DNA of 64,000 nucleotides from Eledone cirrhosa (Eukaryota): NCBI GenBank assembly GCA_964016885.1, contig OZ024743.1, positions 52,328,001 through 52,392,000 of the forward strand, given 5' to 3'. The translations under genes were made by a program, and so were the position numbers. Below are positions 1 through 12,736 of this stretch, piece after piece; within the stretch, counting starts at the first letter, position 1, and the number at the start of each line of letters is the position of its first letter. The notes beneath the pieces are model-generated. The model made no database searches, was not told where the DNA came from, and saw only the letters and a program-made list of their open reading frames with translations.

Positions 1-680
1 TATATAGCAGGAAACCCTTCCTGGTGTCAACTATCCCATCATGCAATATTATATAGCAGGAAACCGTTCCTGGTGTCAACTATCCCATCATGCAATATTA
101 AAGGGCAAGAAACCCTTCCTGGTGTCAACTATCTCATCATGCAATATTATATAGCAGGAAACCGTTCCTGGTGTCAACTATCCCATCATGCAATATTAAA
201 GGGCAGGAAACCCTTCCTGGTGTCAACTATCCCATCATGCAATATTATATAGCAGGAAACCGTTCCTGGTGTCAACTATCCCATCATGCAATATTATATA
301 CCAGGAAACCGTTCCTGGTGTCAACTATCCCATCATGCAATATTATATAGCAGGAAACCGTTCCTGGTGTCAACTATCCCATCATGCAATATTATATACC
401 AGGAAACCGTTCCTGGTGTCAACTATCCCATCATGCAATATTAAAGGGCAGGAAACCCTTCCTGGTGTCAACTATCCCATCATGCAATATTATATAGCAG
501 GAAACCGTTCCTGGTGTCAACTATGCCATCATGCAATATTATATACCAGGAAACCGTTCCTGGTGTCAACTATCCCATCATGCAATATTATATACCAGGA
601 AACCGTTCCTGGTGTCAACTATCCCATCATGCAATATTATATGACTAGAAACCATCTCGAGGCAAACTATCCCATGATGC
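1..680. repeat. 49-50 bp minisatellite (window starts inside it), ~13 copies
   Basis: Unit tatatagcaggaaaccgttcctggtgtcaactatcccatcatgcaatat recurs (caggaaacc at 8, 57, ...); internal hairpin caggaa-accg-ttcctg. Confidence 0.95.
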
Positions 681-937
681 AGTATTCTACAGTTAGATGC
701 CCTTTCTACTGACAACCTATTTCATGATACATCATTCTGTGACTTGATGTCACCCCTTGATTGTTTTCAAATATGGTGTCCAATCCACCTGTCTTTACCT
801 GTCAAAGGGGTGAGCTGTGGGACATATTGCTTATGCAGGACATAAACAGACCTCACTCACTGCCCAAGCAGTATCAATGTAAAGGCACACATGGAGAAAA
901 AACACACACACACACACATACACATGTACACACACAA

Positions 938-1100
938 TAGGTTTCTGTACATCTTTTGTTTACTAAATTTCACATACAAGGCATTAGTCAGCCTGAGGCT
1001 TGGTATCTATAGTATAAAACACTTGTACAAGGTGCCATGCAGTGGGATTGAACCTGAAAACAGTTGTGAAGCGAACTCGCTAACTACATAGCCATGTCAG
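938..1100 (-). mobile_element. Degenerate tRNA-derived CORE-type SINE
   Basis: Reverse-strand B-box-like ggttcaatcccactgc and CORE-like ggcaccttgtacaagtgtt; resembles copies at 7280 and 31606. Confidence 0.55.
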
Positions 1101-1362
1101 CTTATAATTTTGGACTGCTATCATTTTAATAAATTTGTTACATAAAGAATTTACAGCTATTTGATACGAAACCAGGTGAAACCACCCTTGGTTATATAAA
1201 GTTGTTTGTTGTCATATCTTTATACCTGCCCATCATAATTTTATGTAACATATGTTATGTTATGTTCCAAACAGAAAGTTATATTAAAAAAAGTTTTCAT
1301 TTTCTTAATTAGTTTCAAAATTATTTGAAAATAATTTCTATCATAATTTATAATTTTATGTA

Positions 1363-1506
1363 TTAACCTTTGTTATGTTATGTTCCAAGTGTCAAATTAA
1401 TTGTTAGAAAATAATCTATCTTCTTCCAAATTCTTGATTATGTTAAAAATTATTTGAAAACTATAAGCAGTGTATTTCATTAGAAATATGGTAACAAAAA
1501 GGTTAA
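1363..1506. mobile_element. TTAA-flanked MITE fragment (second family)
   Basis: ttaacctttgtta ... taacaaaaaggttaa inverted ends; partial related copy at ~1240-1350. Confidence 0.5.
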
Positions 1507-1727
1507 CCCTTTAGCATTTACATTACTCTCTATACACTATTGTATTTTTGTGGTAAAGGTTTTATCTTACATAATTATCTCACATAATATTGAATCTACG
1601 AGATTTTGATATTATCTATTTTGATAATAATACCTTAATGTCAGTATAGGCAGCCAGTTATGGCCAGTTTAGATAGAAAGAGGTGAGAGAATTCTAGCCG
1701 GATATGGCCGGTTTAAATGCTAAAGGG
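1507..1727. mobile_element. piggyBac-like MITE (~220 bp)
   Basis: TIRs ccctttagcattta / taaatgctaaaggg flanked by TTAA on both sides (1503-1506, 1728-1731); further copies in window. Confidence 0.85.
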
Positions 1728-1761
1728 TTAACAAATAATGTGTGTGTTTCTTTTATGTTAG

Positions 1762-1821
1762 TGTGGCCCCACTTGTGAGGAACGATGAGATGGATCCTTC
1801 TGCTCTGCAGTATTTAAACAG
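1762..1821 (+). CDS. MMAB: MMAB (cob(I)alamin adenosyltransferase) penultimate coding exon, VAPLVRNDEMDPSALQYLN(R)
   Basis: Acceptor ttcttttatgttag and donor AG|gtaagt; 60-nt phase-2/phase-2 exon; peptide matches human MMAB [20 protein letters not shown] as recalled; splices in frame to 29800. Confidence 0.88.
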
Positions 1822-1959
1822 GTAAGTTCACCTTCTTAGATAACTGGGACAATCAATCAGCCTGAGATCTTTACTTTACAGACAGAACAATACAGGGGTG
1901 ATATCTTAAAAGACATCTTCAGATAACAGAAGCTCCTTGTCACAGTGTATAATGACAGA

Positions 1960-2260
1960 GCTCTCTCTTACTCTCACGTGACCTGAGATTCTGTTATGAC
2001 ATCCCTGTAGGCTTGCTTCTGTTTCCCCATCAACACCCACTAAATATAGAAATATATAAACTTTACAGATTAATTTTAATTTATATATGCAAACACAGCA
2101 TCTTTTCTCAATGTGTGCCTTGCATTTTCTACTGTGGCTTCCTTCTACTGGGATTTCCTGGCACTTCTTCACCCAGTGATTATCATCCATGCACATCACG
2201 TCCTCTACACCAATGCAGTCTTCTATTTTACACACCACTTCGGATTCCCCTTAAACCCAG
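1960..2260 (-). mobile_element. Old RTE LINE ORF fragment (C-terminal region)
   Basis: Minus-strand VMCMDDNHWVKKCQEIPVEGSHSR resembles RTE C-terminus VMRMKDDSCIKKCRAIKIDGSHG seen at 17688-19469. Confidence 0.65.
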
Positions 2261-2351
2261 CCTAAACCCAGGAGACAAGAAGGAAGATTTTCAAATGTAT
2301 ATATATAAATAAATGTATATATATATATAAATGTGTATATATATATATATA

Positions 2352-2676
2352 TCCCACTACCCCCACCCCCATCTACACCACCCCTTTCTCTGTAAAGTTA
2401 TGTTGGTACCACAGCATCCAGTCCTAAATAAATGAGGTCGTGTAGGTGTCACGACAAAAAAAGACACACAGTCTACGCTGTAATGTGGGCATGTAGGTAA
2501 CACGGTAAAAACCTCCCAGTCCACACTGTAAACGTGGTTGGTGTTAGGAAGGGCATCCAGCCATAGAAAACCCGCCAGACAGTCCCATACGAGCGAGATG
2601 ACCAATCTTGCCTCAAGTGGGACAATTCTCGTCTAAACCCATGCTAGCGTGGAAGATGGACGTTAAACGATGATGA
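2352..2676 (+). mobile_element. RTE LINE 3' UTR with (GAT)n tail
   Basis: Collinear with the 3' UTR of the RTE at 26030-26366 (gttggtgttaggaagggcatccagcc...ggacgttaaacgatgatgat). Confidence 0.85.
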
Positions 2677-2677
2677 T

Positions 2678-3409
2678 ATAGATATATATATATATATTTC
2701 TAGAACAGAGAATGTATGTCTGTCTGACTCCCTAAAACTCGAGAACCACCAAACCGATTGTTTTCAAACTTTACACATGTAATACTTATGGTCCTGTGAG
2801 TGTTTTGAACAAAACATATTTCAAATTTTTAATGCCCTAGGGGCCGCTTTAGGCGATTTAGCAATCTCTCTCTATAGTTCTTAGTCTTTCTTTTTAGATA
2901 GATACATAGATATAACGTTGCGCCCTTATAATATCTGTCTGTATGTCTGGCTGTCTGCATTACAACATTATGACGCTATATGTGTGTATGTGTATATATG
3001 TATATATATATATATATATAGTGTGTAACATTTTTCGAAATATTTACTTCTGCGTTCACAGATTGATTTTTTTAGTTTCAGAAGATCCCGTTAAGGGTGA
3101 AAGCAGCGATTCTTTGCTTAAACTTTAATCTGTTATTTTAATATTTATATATAATTGTATGTGTACAGATATTTTTGCATACACAATAACAAAATATAAA
3201 CAAACGTATTTATTTTGCGATAAAGTATTGATTTTCTTCGCACGGAAAAAAACCCTGGTAATCTACGACAAATTTTTTTTATAAGCACAAAATGTTGACA
3301 CCATCCCGAGGCTGAGGTATTCCGTACTTCTCTGTACTGTTTCAGAAAGGAAGGATAAACATGCCAATCTATGTTTAGAATCCCGAGCAACGCCGGGCCA
3401 TTCTGCTAG
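2678..3409 (+). mobile_element. Non-autonomous Helitron-like element
   Basis: 3' GC hairpin cccg-agcaacgc-cggg followed by CTAG|T at 3406-3410; 5' (TA)-rich start then gtatgtctgtctg; 5' boundary approximate. Confidence 0.65.
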
Positions 3410-3780
3410 TATATATATAAATGAAAATCTTCCTTGGACAATGTACCTCCCATCCCTTTCCCTCTCCTTACTAACAAGAAATCCCCAGATGTAGAAGACA
3501 GTAACATAGAAAATTTAACACCAGAAGAGCAGATGACATTCCAAACAATGCTCCCTCTTCCACCCCACCCTTCTCTTCCACCCCACCCTTCTCTTCCACC
3601 CCACCCATACTCTCCATCCTCACCCCCTCGCCCACACTAACACTACCACTTTACTATCTCCCCCTCCCTCATCAGATACTTCTCCCCTCTAATCCTATTC
3701 TCCAACCCCCTCCCTACACACTCAACATAGAGGGTGCCACCTGTGGAGTCAGTGGTGTATGTAATAGTTTAAGACTTTAA

Positions 3781-3924
3781 CCACCAACACCACCACCAAC
3801 ACCACCACCACTACCTATAACATCACCACTACCACCACCACCACCACCAACAACAACACTACCTACAACACCACCACCATCTACCTACAACACCACCACC
3901 ACCACCACCACCAACAACACCACC

Positions 3925-3955
<31 letters not shown>

Positions 3956-4300
3956 CTACCACCACCACCACCACCATGACCACCACCACCACTACCACCA
4001 CCACCACCTACAACACCACCAACACCAACACCACCACCACCACCACCTCCAATAAAACTTCAATGATGTGGAAATTGTGAAGTTTTAAAAGGGGACTATT
4101 TAGTGGTAGGGGGAGGGGCTTTGGTGGTGGTGGTGGTGGTGGTGTTGGTAGTGGTGGTGTTGGTAGTGGTGATGTTGTAGGTGGTGGTAGTGGTGGTAGA
4201 GGTGGTGGTGGGAGATGGTGGTGATGGTAGAGGTGGTGGTGGTGGGAGATGGTGGTAGTGGTGGTGGTAGAGGTGGAGGTGTTAGTATTGGTGGTGATGA
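3781..4300. repeat. (CCA/CAA)n tract followed by complementary (TGG)n tract
   Basis: 3781-4050 CCA-rich, 4122-4300 TGG-rich. Confidence 0.9.
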
Positions 4301-4588
4301 TGATATATCCTTAAACTTCTAAAGGGCAGTGGTGGAGGTGGTGGTAATGATGGTGAACAGTAGTGGAGGTGGTGTTTATGTTAGCAGGTGTTCAATTAAT
4401 AGCCACAGCTGTTAATAATACTGTGCAGTCATCAATAGTAGCTGAGTGAGGTGGAGGTAGGTAGGGTGGTGGCAGTGGTGGTGGTGGTGGTGGAGCACAG
4501 ATGAGAGAGTCACAGATGTAATAAGTGGTTGATTGCATTGTGGTCTTGTTTAACCCTAGGTTAGGTTAGATCAGCAGACCTATAATGA

Positions 4589-4712
4589 TTAACCTTTTAG
4601 AATCTAAACTAGTCGTATCCGACCAGAATTCTCTCACCTCTCTCTGTTTAAACTGGCTGTAACCGGCTGCTCATACTGATGTTAAGGTATTGTTCTCAAA
4701 ATGAATATTATC
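4589..4712 (-). mobile_element. Partial piggyBac-like MITE, reverse orientation
   Basis: Reverse complement of the 3' half of the 1507-1727 family, starting at ttaaccttttag. Confidence 0.7.
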
Positions 4713-5452
4713 AAAAGCATGCATGCTCCGTTGGATGTGTAATAGTAATATACATGAACGGCAAAACATAAATGAACTAAGTGAGAAATTAGGAATAAGA
4801 GGGATCAGATGCTGTTTACTCAAGAGAAGATTACGTTGGTATAGTCACGTGATGCACATGAAAGATGGCAGCTGTATAAAAAAGTGCAGGGCGATCAAAA
4901 TTGAGGGAAGCTACGGAGTAGGTAGACAAACCTGGGACGACATGATAAAGTCCGACCTTGCACGCTTGCACCTCTCTAAGACAATGTCACTTGATCGAGA
5001 TCTTTGGCGCCACACAGTATTACAGAAGATCCGCCTTCCCTACATGCAAAGTTAACCTACAGTCAGTAGGCCCCTCCAAAACAAACACACCCCAACCCAC
5101 TACCTCACCCTTTCCTCCCACTCCCACCAACACCACCCTTTCTCTATAAAGTTATGTTGGTACCACAACATCCAGTCCAAACTGATGAGGTCGTGTCGGT
5201 GTCATGACAAAAAACACACAGTCCACACTGTAATGTGGTCGTGTAGGTAACACGGTAAAAAGTTCCCAGTCCACACTGTAAATGTGGTTGGTGTTAGGAA
5301 GGGCATCCAGCCGTAGAAATCCTGCCAGACAGCCCTATATGAGCGAGACACGGTCACTCGACTAATCTTGCCTCAAGTGGGACAACTCTTGTCTAGTCCA
5401 TGCAAGCGTAGAAGATGGGCGTTAAACGATTATGATCATGATGATGATGATA
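4713..5452 (+). mobile_element. 5'-truncated RTE LINE (ORF C-terminus, 3' UTR, GAT tail)
   Basis: ORF 4723-5055 MLRWMCNSNIHERQ...DLWRHTVLQKIRL is homologous to the end of the 23122-25968 ORF. Confidence 0.9.
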
Positions 5453-5483
5453 AATAATTACCGTTTACAAAATAGATAATTAC

Positions 5484-6120
5484 CATTTACATTACTCTAT
5501 ATATACTATTATATGTTCATGGTAAAGGCTTTACCTCACATAATATCTCACATAACATTTACATTACTCTATATATACTATTGTATTTTCATGGTAAAGT
5601 CTTTTTACCTTACATAATATCTCACATAACATTTACATTACTCTATATATACTATTGCATTTTCATGGTAAAGGCTTTACCTCACATAATATCTTACATA
5701 ACATTTACATTACTTTATATATACTATTGTATTTTCATGGTAAAGGCTTTACCTCACATAATATCTCACATAACATTTACATTACTCTATATATACTATT
5801 GTATTTTCATGGTAAAGGCTTTACCTCACATAATATCTCACAAAACATTTACATTACTCTATACATACTATTGCATTTTCATTGTAAAGGCTTTACCTCA
5901 CATAATATCTCACATAACATTTACATTACTCTATATATACTATTGTATTTCATGGTAAAGTCTTTACCTCACATAATATCAAAGCTATAAGATTTTGATA
6001 TTATTCATTTTGAGAACAATATCTTAACATCAGTATGAGTGGCTGGTTACAGCTGGTTTGAACTGAAAGAGGTGAAATAATTCTGGCTGGATATGGTTAG
6101 TTTAAATGTTAAAGAGTTAA
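5484..6120 (+). mobile_element. MITE copy whose 5' part is amplified as a 72-bp tandem (~7 copies, 5484-5980)
   Basis: Unit catttacattactctatatatactattgtattttcatggtaaaggctttacctcacataatatctcacataa, then MITE 3' half ending aaagagttaa. Confidence 0.85.
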
Positions 6121-6459
6121 TACTTTGTTATATTTCTAAAGAACAACAGTCTATTATTTTCTATAATTTTTAAAATAAAGAATTTGGAGGGATTTAGTAA
6201 TATTACAAATTTTCTTAGAAAGCTGGTGTTTTCTGAGGGGTGTCAGGTGGGTGTCCATAAAGGGGTTATATTTGGGTAGAAGGGTTGGAGTATGGGGTGA
6301 AGTAAAGGGTGTGTAGTTGGTCAGGTTATGGGGTGGCTGGATGGAAGGGTGTGTTCTTTGATGTGAAGCATGAAGGGTATTATGTTGGCTGACACCCATG
6401 TGTGTGTGTGTAGGGTGAATGTAATTGTGTTTCATTTCTTCCTCTTTATATTTCAGTTC

Positions 6460-6560
6460 TTTTATTTCTCAATCAATCTTCTGAAGAAAGACTAGGATCC
6501 GAAACAACTCTTTTCCTAATATATTTCTTCATTGTACTGTATGTTTGTTTTGTTTTGTTG
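6460..6560 (+). mobile_element. Decayed Penelope-like pLTR fragment with hammerhead remnant
   Basis: tctt-CTGAAGA-aagactaggatcc-GAAAC at 6477-6505; reverse-complement homologue of 46215-46420 and 48722-48920. Confidence 0.5.
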
Positions 6561-6844
6561 TTTTCTGTTTACTTATTGCATACATATATTATTGGGAAGC
6601 TATATTCCACTGTGTGTATGTAGTCAAACATTACCATTTCCTTTCTACCTTCGTCTTTGAAAAGTAACCCCCCCCCCCCCCGATACCACTAACATTATAC
6701 CACCACCACCACCACTACCACCACCACCACCACCACTACCACCACCACCACTACCACCACCACCATCCCACACCACCACATACCGCTGTAATGGTAGGAA
6801 ATGTCAGTGTAGTGACTTTGACATTTACCAACTCACTACCTCTC

Positions 6845-7014
6845 TCTTCTTCCACTACCTGTCTCTCTCTCACTACCTCTCTCTCTCTCTCTCTCTCTCG
6901 CTCTCTCTCTCTCTCTTTCTCTCTCACCTTTACATCATCTCTTCAGGGGTGGGGTAGTGTGTGTGTGTGGATATATATGAGTGCATGTATGTGTGAATAA
7001 ATATAAACATCCAC

Positions 7015-7045
<31 letters not shown>

Positions 7046-7059
7046 GTATGCAACCACTC

Positions 7060-7116
<57 letters not shown>

Positions 7117-7147
7117 CATACATACATACACACACATGTGCACGCGG

Positions 7148-7238
<91 letters not shown>

Positions 7239-7240
7239 AA
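6845..7240. repeat. (CT)n, (CA)n, (TA)n microsatellites
   Basis: Direct reading. Confidence 0.95.
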
Positions 7241-7611
7241 GCAAATTTACTAAGTGTAACACTTCTCCTTCCTACAACTTGGTGGCATCATTAAGAGTTT
7301 GCGTCACGAAAACATGGTTTCAGTTTACATCCTACCATGAGATACCTTGGGTATAATAACCTTCTCTCAAAGACTTGGTAATGAAATTCAAAGACAAAAT
7401 CTTGTGGAAAACCATTGGAGGCACACACACACACCCGCATGCACACACACGTACGACAAGTAACAAACCTGCCAACCTCTAAAAACTCAAACAGGGAGTA
7501 CCATGAAAAAAAGTGCGCCAAAAATGGATCGATCGACTTTTATCAAATCGGACCAAGGAAACATTGTTTCCGTTGGTCTTTCCAATTGTTAATACTATCT
7601 ATCGGTCGCAA

Positions 7612-7742
7612 CTCCAGGTAGAAGGAGCAACGTGAAATAAAGTGTCTTGCTGAAGGACATAACACATCACCCAGTCCAGGAATCGAACTCACAATCTCAC
7701 GATTGTGAATCCAATTCTCTAACCACTCAGCCACACGCCTTC
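7612..7742 (-). mobile_element. tRNA-derived SINE head (A/B boxes plus central domain)
   Basis: Reverse reads ggcgtgtggctgagtggttagag...gagttcgattcctggactggg; same family as 22312-22650. Confidence 0.8.
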
Positions 7743-7879
7743 AGTGCCCCAAAACGAGGAGAAATGAAGCAAAATGGGGAGATTTTACATAATGAAAGCT
7801 ATATTCCTTTTCACAAGAGAAGACCTCTCTCACCCACCCCCAGAGTGTGTGGGAGGGTTGACAGGTCTGAAGTAGATAG

Positions 7880-8110
7880 AAACAACAACACAAGGAATAC
7901 AGTATACAATGAAGATATATATTAGTTTAAGGCTTGATAGTAGAAAATGAATCTTAATGTTTCAGATGCTAGTCCTTCGTCAGATGATAGAATGAGAAAT
8001 AAAAGAAGAAATAGAAAGATAAAGGAGAGTGAAAAGAGGAAGAATGGAAAAAGAATTATTTTGAGAAAAAGCTCATGTGTATTGAGTTGGTCATTTTGGG
8101 GGAAAATATA
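7880..8110 (-). mobile_element. Penelope-like pLTR fragment with minimal hammerhead (7951-7987)
   Basis: Reverse reads CTGACGA-agga-ctagca-tct-GAAAC-atta-agat; same family as 48722-48920. Confidence 0.6.
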
Positions 8111-8189
8111 TATAAATGATATTTATTTTCACATCTAAGTTTCATTGAACATTTATAGTACAACTAAATTGAGATGGCTTTATTTTCAT

Positions 8190-8515
8190 TGTACTAAAAT
8201 ACTACACTTTACTATAGTACAATATCCTGCTGTTCTCTACTATAGTGAAATATGGTATTGCACTGTACTGTACTACATGCTACTGTACTGTACTATACTG
8301 TACTAGATGCTACTATACTGTATTACATGCTACTGTACTGTACTATGCTGTACTACATGCTACTGTACTGTCCTATACTGTACTACATGCTACTATACTG
8401 TCCTATACTATACTACATGCTACTCTACTGTACTCTAGTTTACTATATTGTATGTACTATACTGTACTACATGTTACTGTACTGTCCTATACTGTACTAC
8501 ATGTTACTGTACATT
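8190..8515. repeat. Pentamer-based (TACTG/TACTA) repeat
   Basis: Direct reading. Confidence 0.9.
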
Positions 8516-8564
8516 ATCTCACCTGATACCTCTACCTCTATTTTAGGAACCATTTATATATATA

Positions 8565-8610
<46 letters not shown>

Positions 8611-8875
8611 ATATATATATATATAGGTAGTCTTTTAATTACTAATTAATGATATTCTCATTACAAATCTGGTGATGATTTTAAATTTAATTTTTGATTA
8701 ATGACTTTTAATGTAGAAGAGGCTCTTTAATTGAATATCTAACGAAGGCCAGTGGCTGTGTCGTTAAAGTAACTTAACTAATTATATGAGTTGTGGCTTC
8801 ACATCTCAACTAAAGTCATTTCTATTTCTGAACACTGCAAAAAATGTATAACTTTGCTTACTTTTGATTGATTTG

Positions 8876-8876
8876 T

Positions 8877-8916
<40 letters not shown>

Positions 8917-9480
8917 GCTGTTGCTGTTGCTGCTGCTGCTGCTGTTGTTGTTGTTGCCGCCGCCGCCGCCTCCGTCGTCGTCGTCAGTGTTGTTGTTGTT
9001 GTCAGTGTTGTTGTTGTTGTCATTGTTGTTGTCATCATTGTCATCAGCATCATCATCGTCATAATTGTTGTCATTGTCATCATTGTCATCATCATTGTCA
9101 TCATCATCATCCTTTTCATCATCACCATCATCATCATTACCATCACCATCACCATCATTACCATCATCATCATCACCATCATTTCCACCACCATCATCAC
9201 CATCATCATCATTACCATTACCATCACCATCACCATCATTACCATCATCATCATCACCATCATTTCCACCACCATCATCACCATCATCATTATTACCACT
9301 ACCATCATCACCTTATCATCATCACCACCATCATCATCATCATCACCTTATCATCATCACCACCATCATCATCATCATCATCACCATCATCATCACCATC
9401 ACCACCATCATCATCATCACCACCATCATCACCACCATCATCACCATCATCATCACCATCGTCATCATTATTATCATTGT
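8876..9480. repeat. Compound trinucleotide tract (GTT/GCT/GCC/CAT/CAC)
   Basis: Direct reading; source of the poly-C/H/S/M pseudo-ORFs. Confidence 0.95.
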
Positions 9481-9485
9481 TGATT

Positions 9486-9672
9486 GGTGGATTGGCAGTA
9501 TCGGTAGAGGGTCGGACGCCATGCTTTCCAGCGTAGTTACGTCCCTTTACGATCTGAGTTCAAATCCCGCCGAGGTTGACTTTGCCTTTCATCCTTACGG
9601 GGTCGATAAAATAAAGTACCAGTAATGCACTGGGATAATTGCTGGCCTTGTGCCTAAAGTAGAAACAATTAT
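9486..9672 (+). mobile_element. SINE family 2 (tRNA-like head plus Meta-domain-like core)
   Basis: ttggcagtatcggtagag...gagttcaaatcccgccgaggttgactttgcctttcatccttacggggtcgataaaataaagtaccag; more than 10 copies in window; domain name is from recall. Confidence 0.8.
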
Positions 9673-9974
9673 TATCATTGTCTTTATGTCTGTTTTTCCA
9701 TGCTATACTAGAAGCTGCTTGGCCACTGTTCAGTGGGACTGAACATTGACAAAGCAAACCTCTAAACCATATAGCCATTGTTGCACTTAAATATATATCC
9801 TGCTTAGAATAGGTATACTGCATCCCTGCATGTCGTAAGAAGTGGCTAAAATGGCTGGGTGTAAGGAAAGGCATCTGGCTGTAAAACATTGCTTCAAAAC
9901 ATCCCATCCAACCCATGCTTGCATTGATAAGTCGATTTAAGAATGATGATGATGATAATAATACACATACATAT

Positions 9975-11080
9975 CGTCATCATCACTGTTTAATGTCCAT
10001 TTTTCCATACTAGCAATAGATGAGTTGTTCTGTTGTGAGACAAGTCAGATCAGGTGACTCTTGCTCATTAGACTATTTCTGGGTTGGTTTCTGCAGCTGG
10101 ATGCCCTTCTTAATGCTAACCACATTTATAGCATGGACTGGGTGTTTTTTATCATGTCATCAGCATGACCACCTTACAGAGTGGACCAGGTACTTTTTGT
10201 TGTGTCACCAACACAACTACTTTACAGGGTGGGCTGGGTGTTTTGTCGTGTCACCAACATGATCACTTTACAGGGTGGGCTGGGTACTTATTTGGCATGT
10301 CACCAGCACAACCAACTTAGTGTTAGTTGGGTACTCTTTTGTCATGTCACCAGCATGAGCAGCTTACATAGTAGACTAGGGGCTTTTGTGTGACCAGCAT
10401 GACAGGGTGGGCAGGGAGCTTCTAGCCATTCCAGCAGCATTATCGTGGAGCGTGTTCAGCTTTCCATGCTTGTGTACATGTGTTGAACAAGAGGTGTATC
10501 AGATGTGGAAATTGTGGGTGGGGGAGAAGTGTGTGCAGGATGGGGATTGGAGAAGTAGGTATAAGGTGGAGTACTTAGTTGGTGAAGGGTGGCGTGTTAA
10601 GACATGGGAGCGATATGAAGGTAGCATACTTTGAACACCTGGCACCTTTTTCTACAACTGTCATCCTTGATATGAATCAAATGTCCATAGCACTACAACC
10701 TCCTCTACTGCACACTGTATCTGACCCCTCTTGTACCCAGTTTCTCTCTCAGTTCATTTATGTTTTGCTGTTTCTGTATATTACTATTACAAATCCATCA
10801 GAGCATACAAGCTTCATTTCATTTCAATCTTCGTAGATCCTCTGCACACAGTGCCCAGGTCTTGTTACTATGCAGTGTTGTTATCTGTATATATGGATTA
10901 TACAATCTACCCTTCAATTTGAGGGGAAAACCTTTTGTAGCTAGCAGCTATTGTAGCTCCTTAAACTTTCTCCATCTTGGTTTGTGTACTTTGGTCATCC
11001 AGGAATTTGGTCATCCAGGAAACAGAAGCTTTCAACTGCTTTTCTGGTACCTTCAAAGAATTTGATAAAGCTTTGTTTCC
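9975..11080 (-). mobile_element. Old RTE LINE 3' portion, with ~48-bp tandem repeats in its UTR (10115-10400)
   Basis: Reverse RTE tail, UTR motif cagctggatgcccttct, and degenerate ORF remnant homologous to 17900-18250. Confidence 0.7.
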
Positions 11081-11182
11081 TGTGAACACTTGCTACTTAC
11101 TACTCCTCTGCATTGACCACTATACATACATACACACAGACACACATATATGTGTATATATGTGTATATATATATATATGTA

Positions 11183-11460
11183 TATCATCATCATCATCAT
11201 CATTTTACGTCCGATTTTCCCTGCTTGCAAGGGTATATATATATATGTATATATATATATGTATGTATATATATCATCATAATCGCCGTTTGATGTCTAT
11301 GTTTCCATGCTGGCATGGGTTAGATGAATATATATATATCATCATCATCGTTTAACGTCCATCTTCCATGCTAGCATGGGTTAGACGATTTTATTCCATT
11401 TGATGCGGGGAATGGTCGGGAGACTGTATCTCGCTCACACGGAAGCATCTCTGGCAAGTT
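11183..11460 (-). mobile_element. Stack of three short RTE/SINE 3' tails in (TA)n
   Basis: catcatcat...ttttacgtcc / tttgatgtct / tttaacgtcc motifs separated by TA runs. Confidence 0.7.
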
Positions 11461-11848
11461 TTTTTTATATATCACCATCATCATCATCTATATAGAGAAA
11501 GAAGAAGGTATATAGTGTAGTTGTTAGGGTGTTTGGCTCATGATTGTAAACACTCGATTCCCAGCAAAGTGTTGTACCCTTCTGCAATGCACTTTATTTT
11601 ATGTTGCTCTGGTTCACAAAGTTGGCAAAAAAGGAAGAATATGAGATGTATCTGTAATTGAAAAGGTCAGCTTTGTCACCGAATGTGTCAGACTGAATCT
11701 CTCGTTGAAGGTAGACATGTCTGTGGAATGGTCACCCTCTTGTTAAGTCCATCAGCTCACTATTCCATTGATCAAAATAATAACATATACAGGTATTAGC
11801 AGGGAAAGTGGACGTTTAACAATGATGATACATATATTTATGTATATA

Positions 11849-11889
<41 letters not shown>

Positions 11890-11928
11890 ATATATATATG
11901 TGTGTGTATATATATATATGTGTGTGTG

Positions 11929-11976
<48 letters not shown>

Positions 11977-12003
11977 TGAATATATAATATATATGTATAT
12001 ATA

Positions 12004-12353
12004 CATCATCATCATCATCATCATTTCATTTTACGTCCGCTTTTTCCCTGCTTGCAAGGGTGAGACGGGAACTGATTCTGGCTTGATTTCTACAGCTGGA
12101 TGCCCTTCCTAACACCAACCTCATTTACAGTGAGTGCTGGGTGCTTTTTTGCCGTGGCACCTCCACGACCACTTTGCAGTGGAATGATATGGATCTCAAT
12201 CCCTATCGTCTCATTTCTACAGCTGAGTAAACTGGAGCAATGTGAAATAAAGTGTCTTGCTCAAGGAAACAACACATCACCCGGTCTGAGAATTGAACTC
12301 ACAACCTTTCGATTGCAAGGCCAATGCTCTAACCATTAAGCCATGTGCCTCCA
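12004..12353 (-). mobile_element. Full tRNA-derived SINE with RTE-like tail (family 1)
   Basis: Reverse complement of the 22312-22650 copy. Confidence 0.9.
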
Positions 12354-12626
12354 TATATATAAATTATACATATATATATACGGGATAACAGGTTATCGTT
12401 ATAGGCAGTCCACTTAGATGTAGTCCAGTCAATTTCATACATCTGTATCATATCAGTTCGTTTAACATGGTAGATTCATCATTATACTCTCTTTCTTACT
12501 TATATTGATGTTATTATTTTAACTATTTACTATCTAGTTATTTTATGTTATTATTGATATTATTGTTCTGGTTTAGTACCACTCCTCTATAAAAGCCATG
12601 CCTTGTGTATCTTCTTCACTTTCGCG

Positions 12627-12736
12627 TGCTCTGATGAAAACGACTGGTTATAAACAAAGTATTGGAGATCGATTGACGCAAAATCAGGCGGGTAGCGAAC
12701 TCTAGACCTACTAGATCAAAGAAACAATTGTCAGCA
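12627..12736 (+). ncRNA. Type I hammerhead ribozyme-like motif with long domain II, in a Penelope-like fragment (~12380-12790)
   Basis: tgct-CTGATGA-(83 nt)-GAAAC-aatt-GTC-agca; stem I tgct/agca; palindromic stem III. Confidence 0.6.

Noticed and set aside
3421-3750. Possible exon (ORF 3434-3640)
   Set aside because: Low complexity, no splice signals, no homology recognised
8799-9625. Poly-Cys/His/Ser/Met ORFs (also at 20533-21355, 47182-47979, 57635-58453 and the CV/HT/YI ORFs)
   Set aside because: Translations of microsatellites
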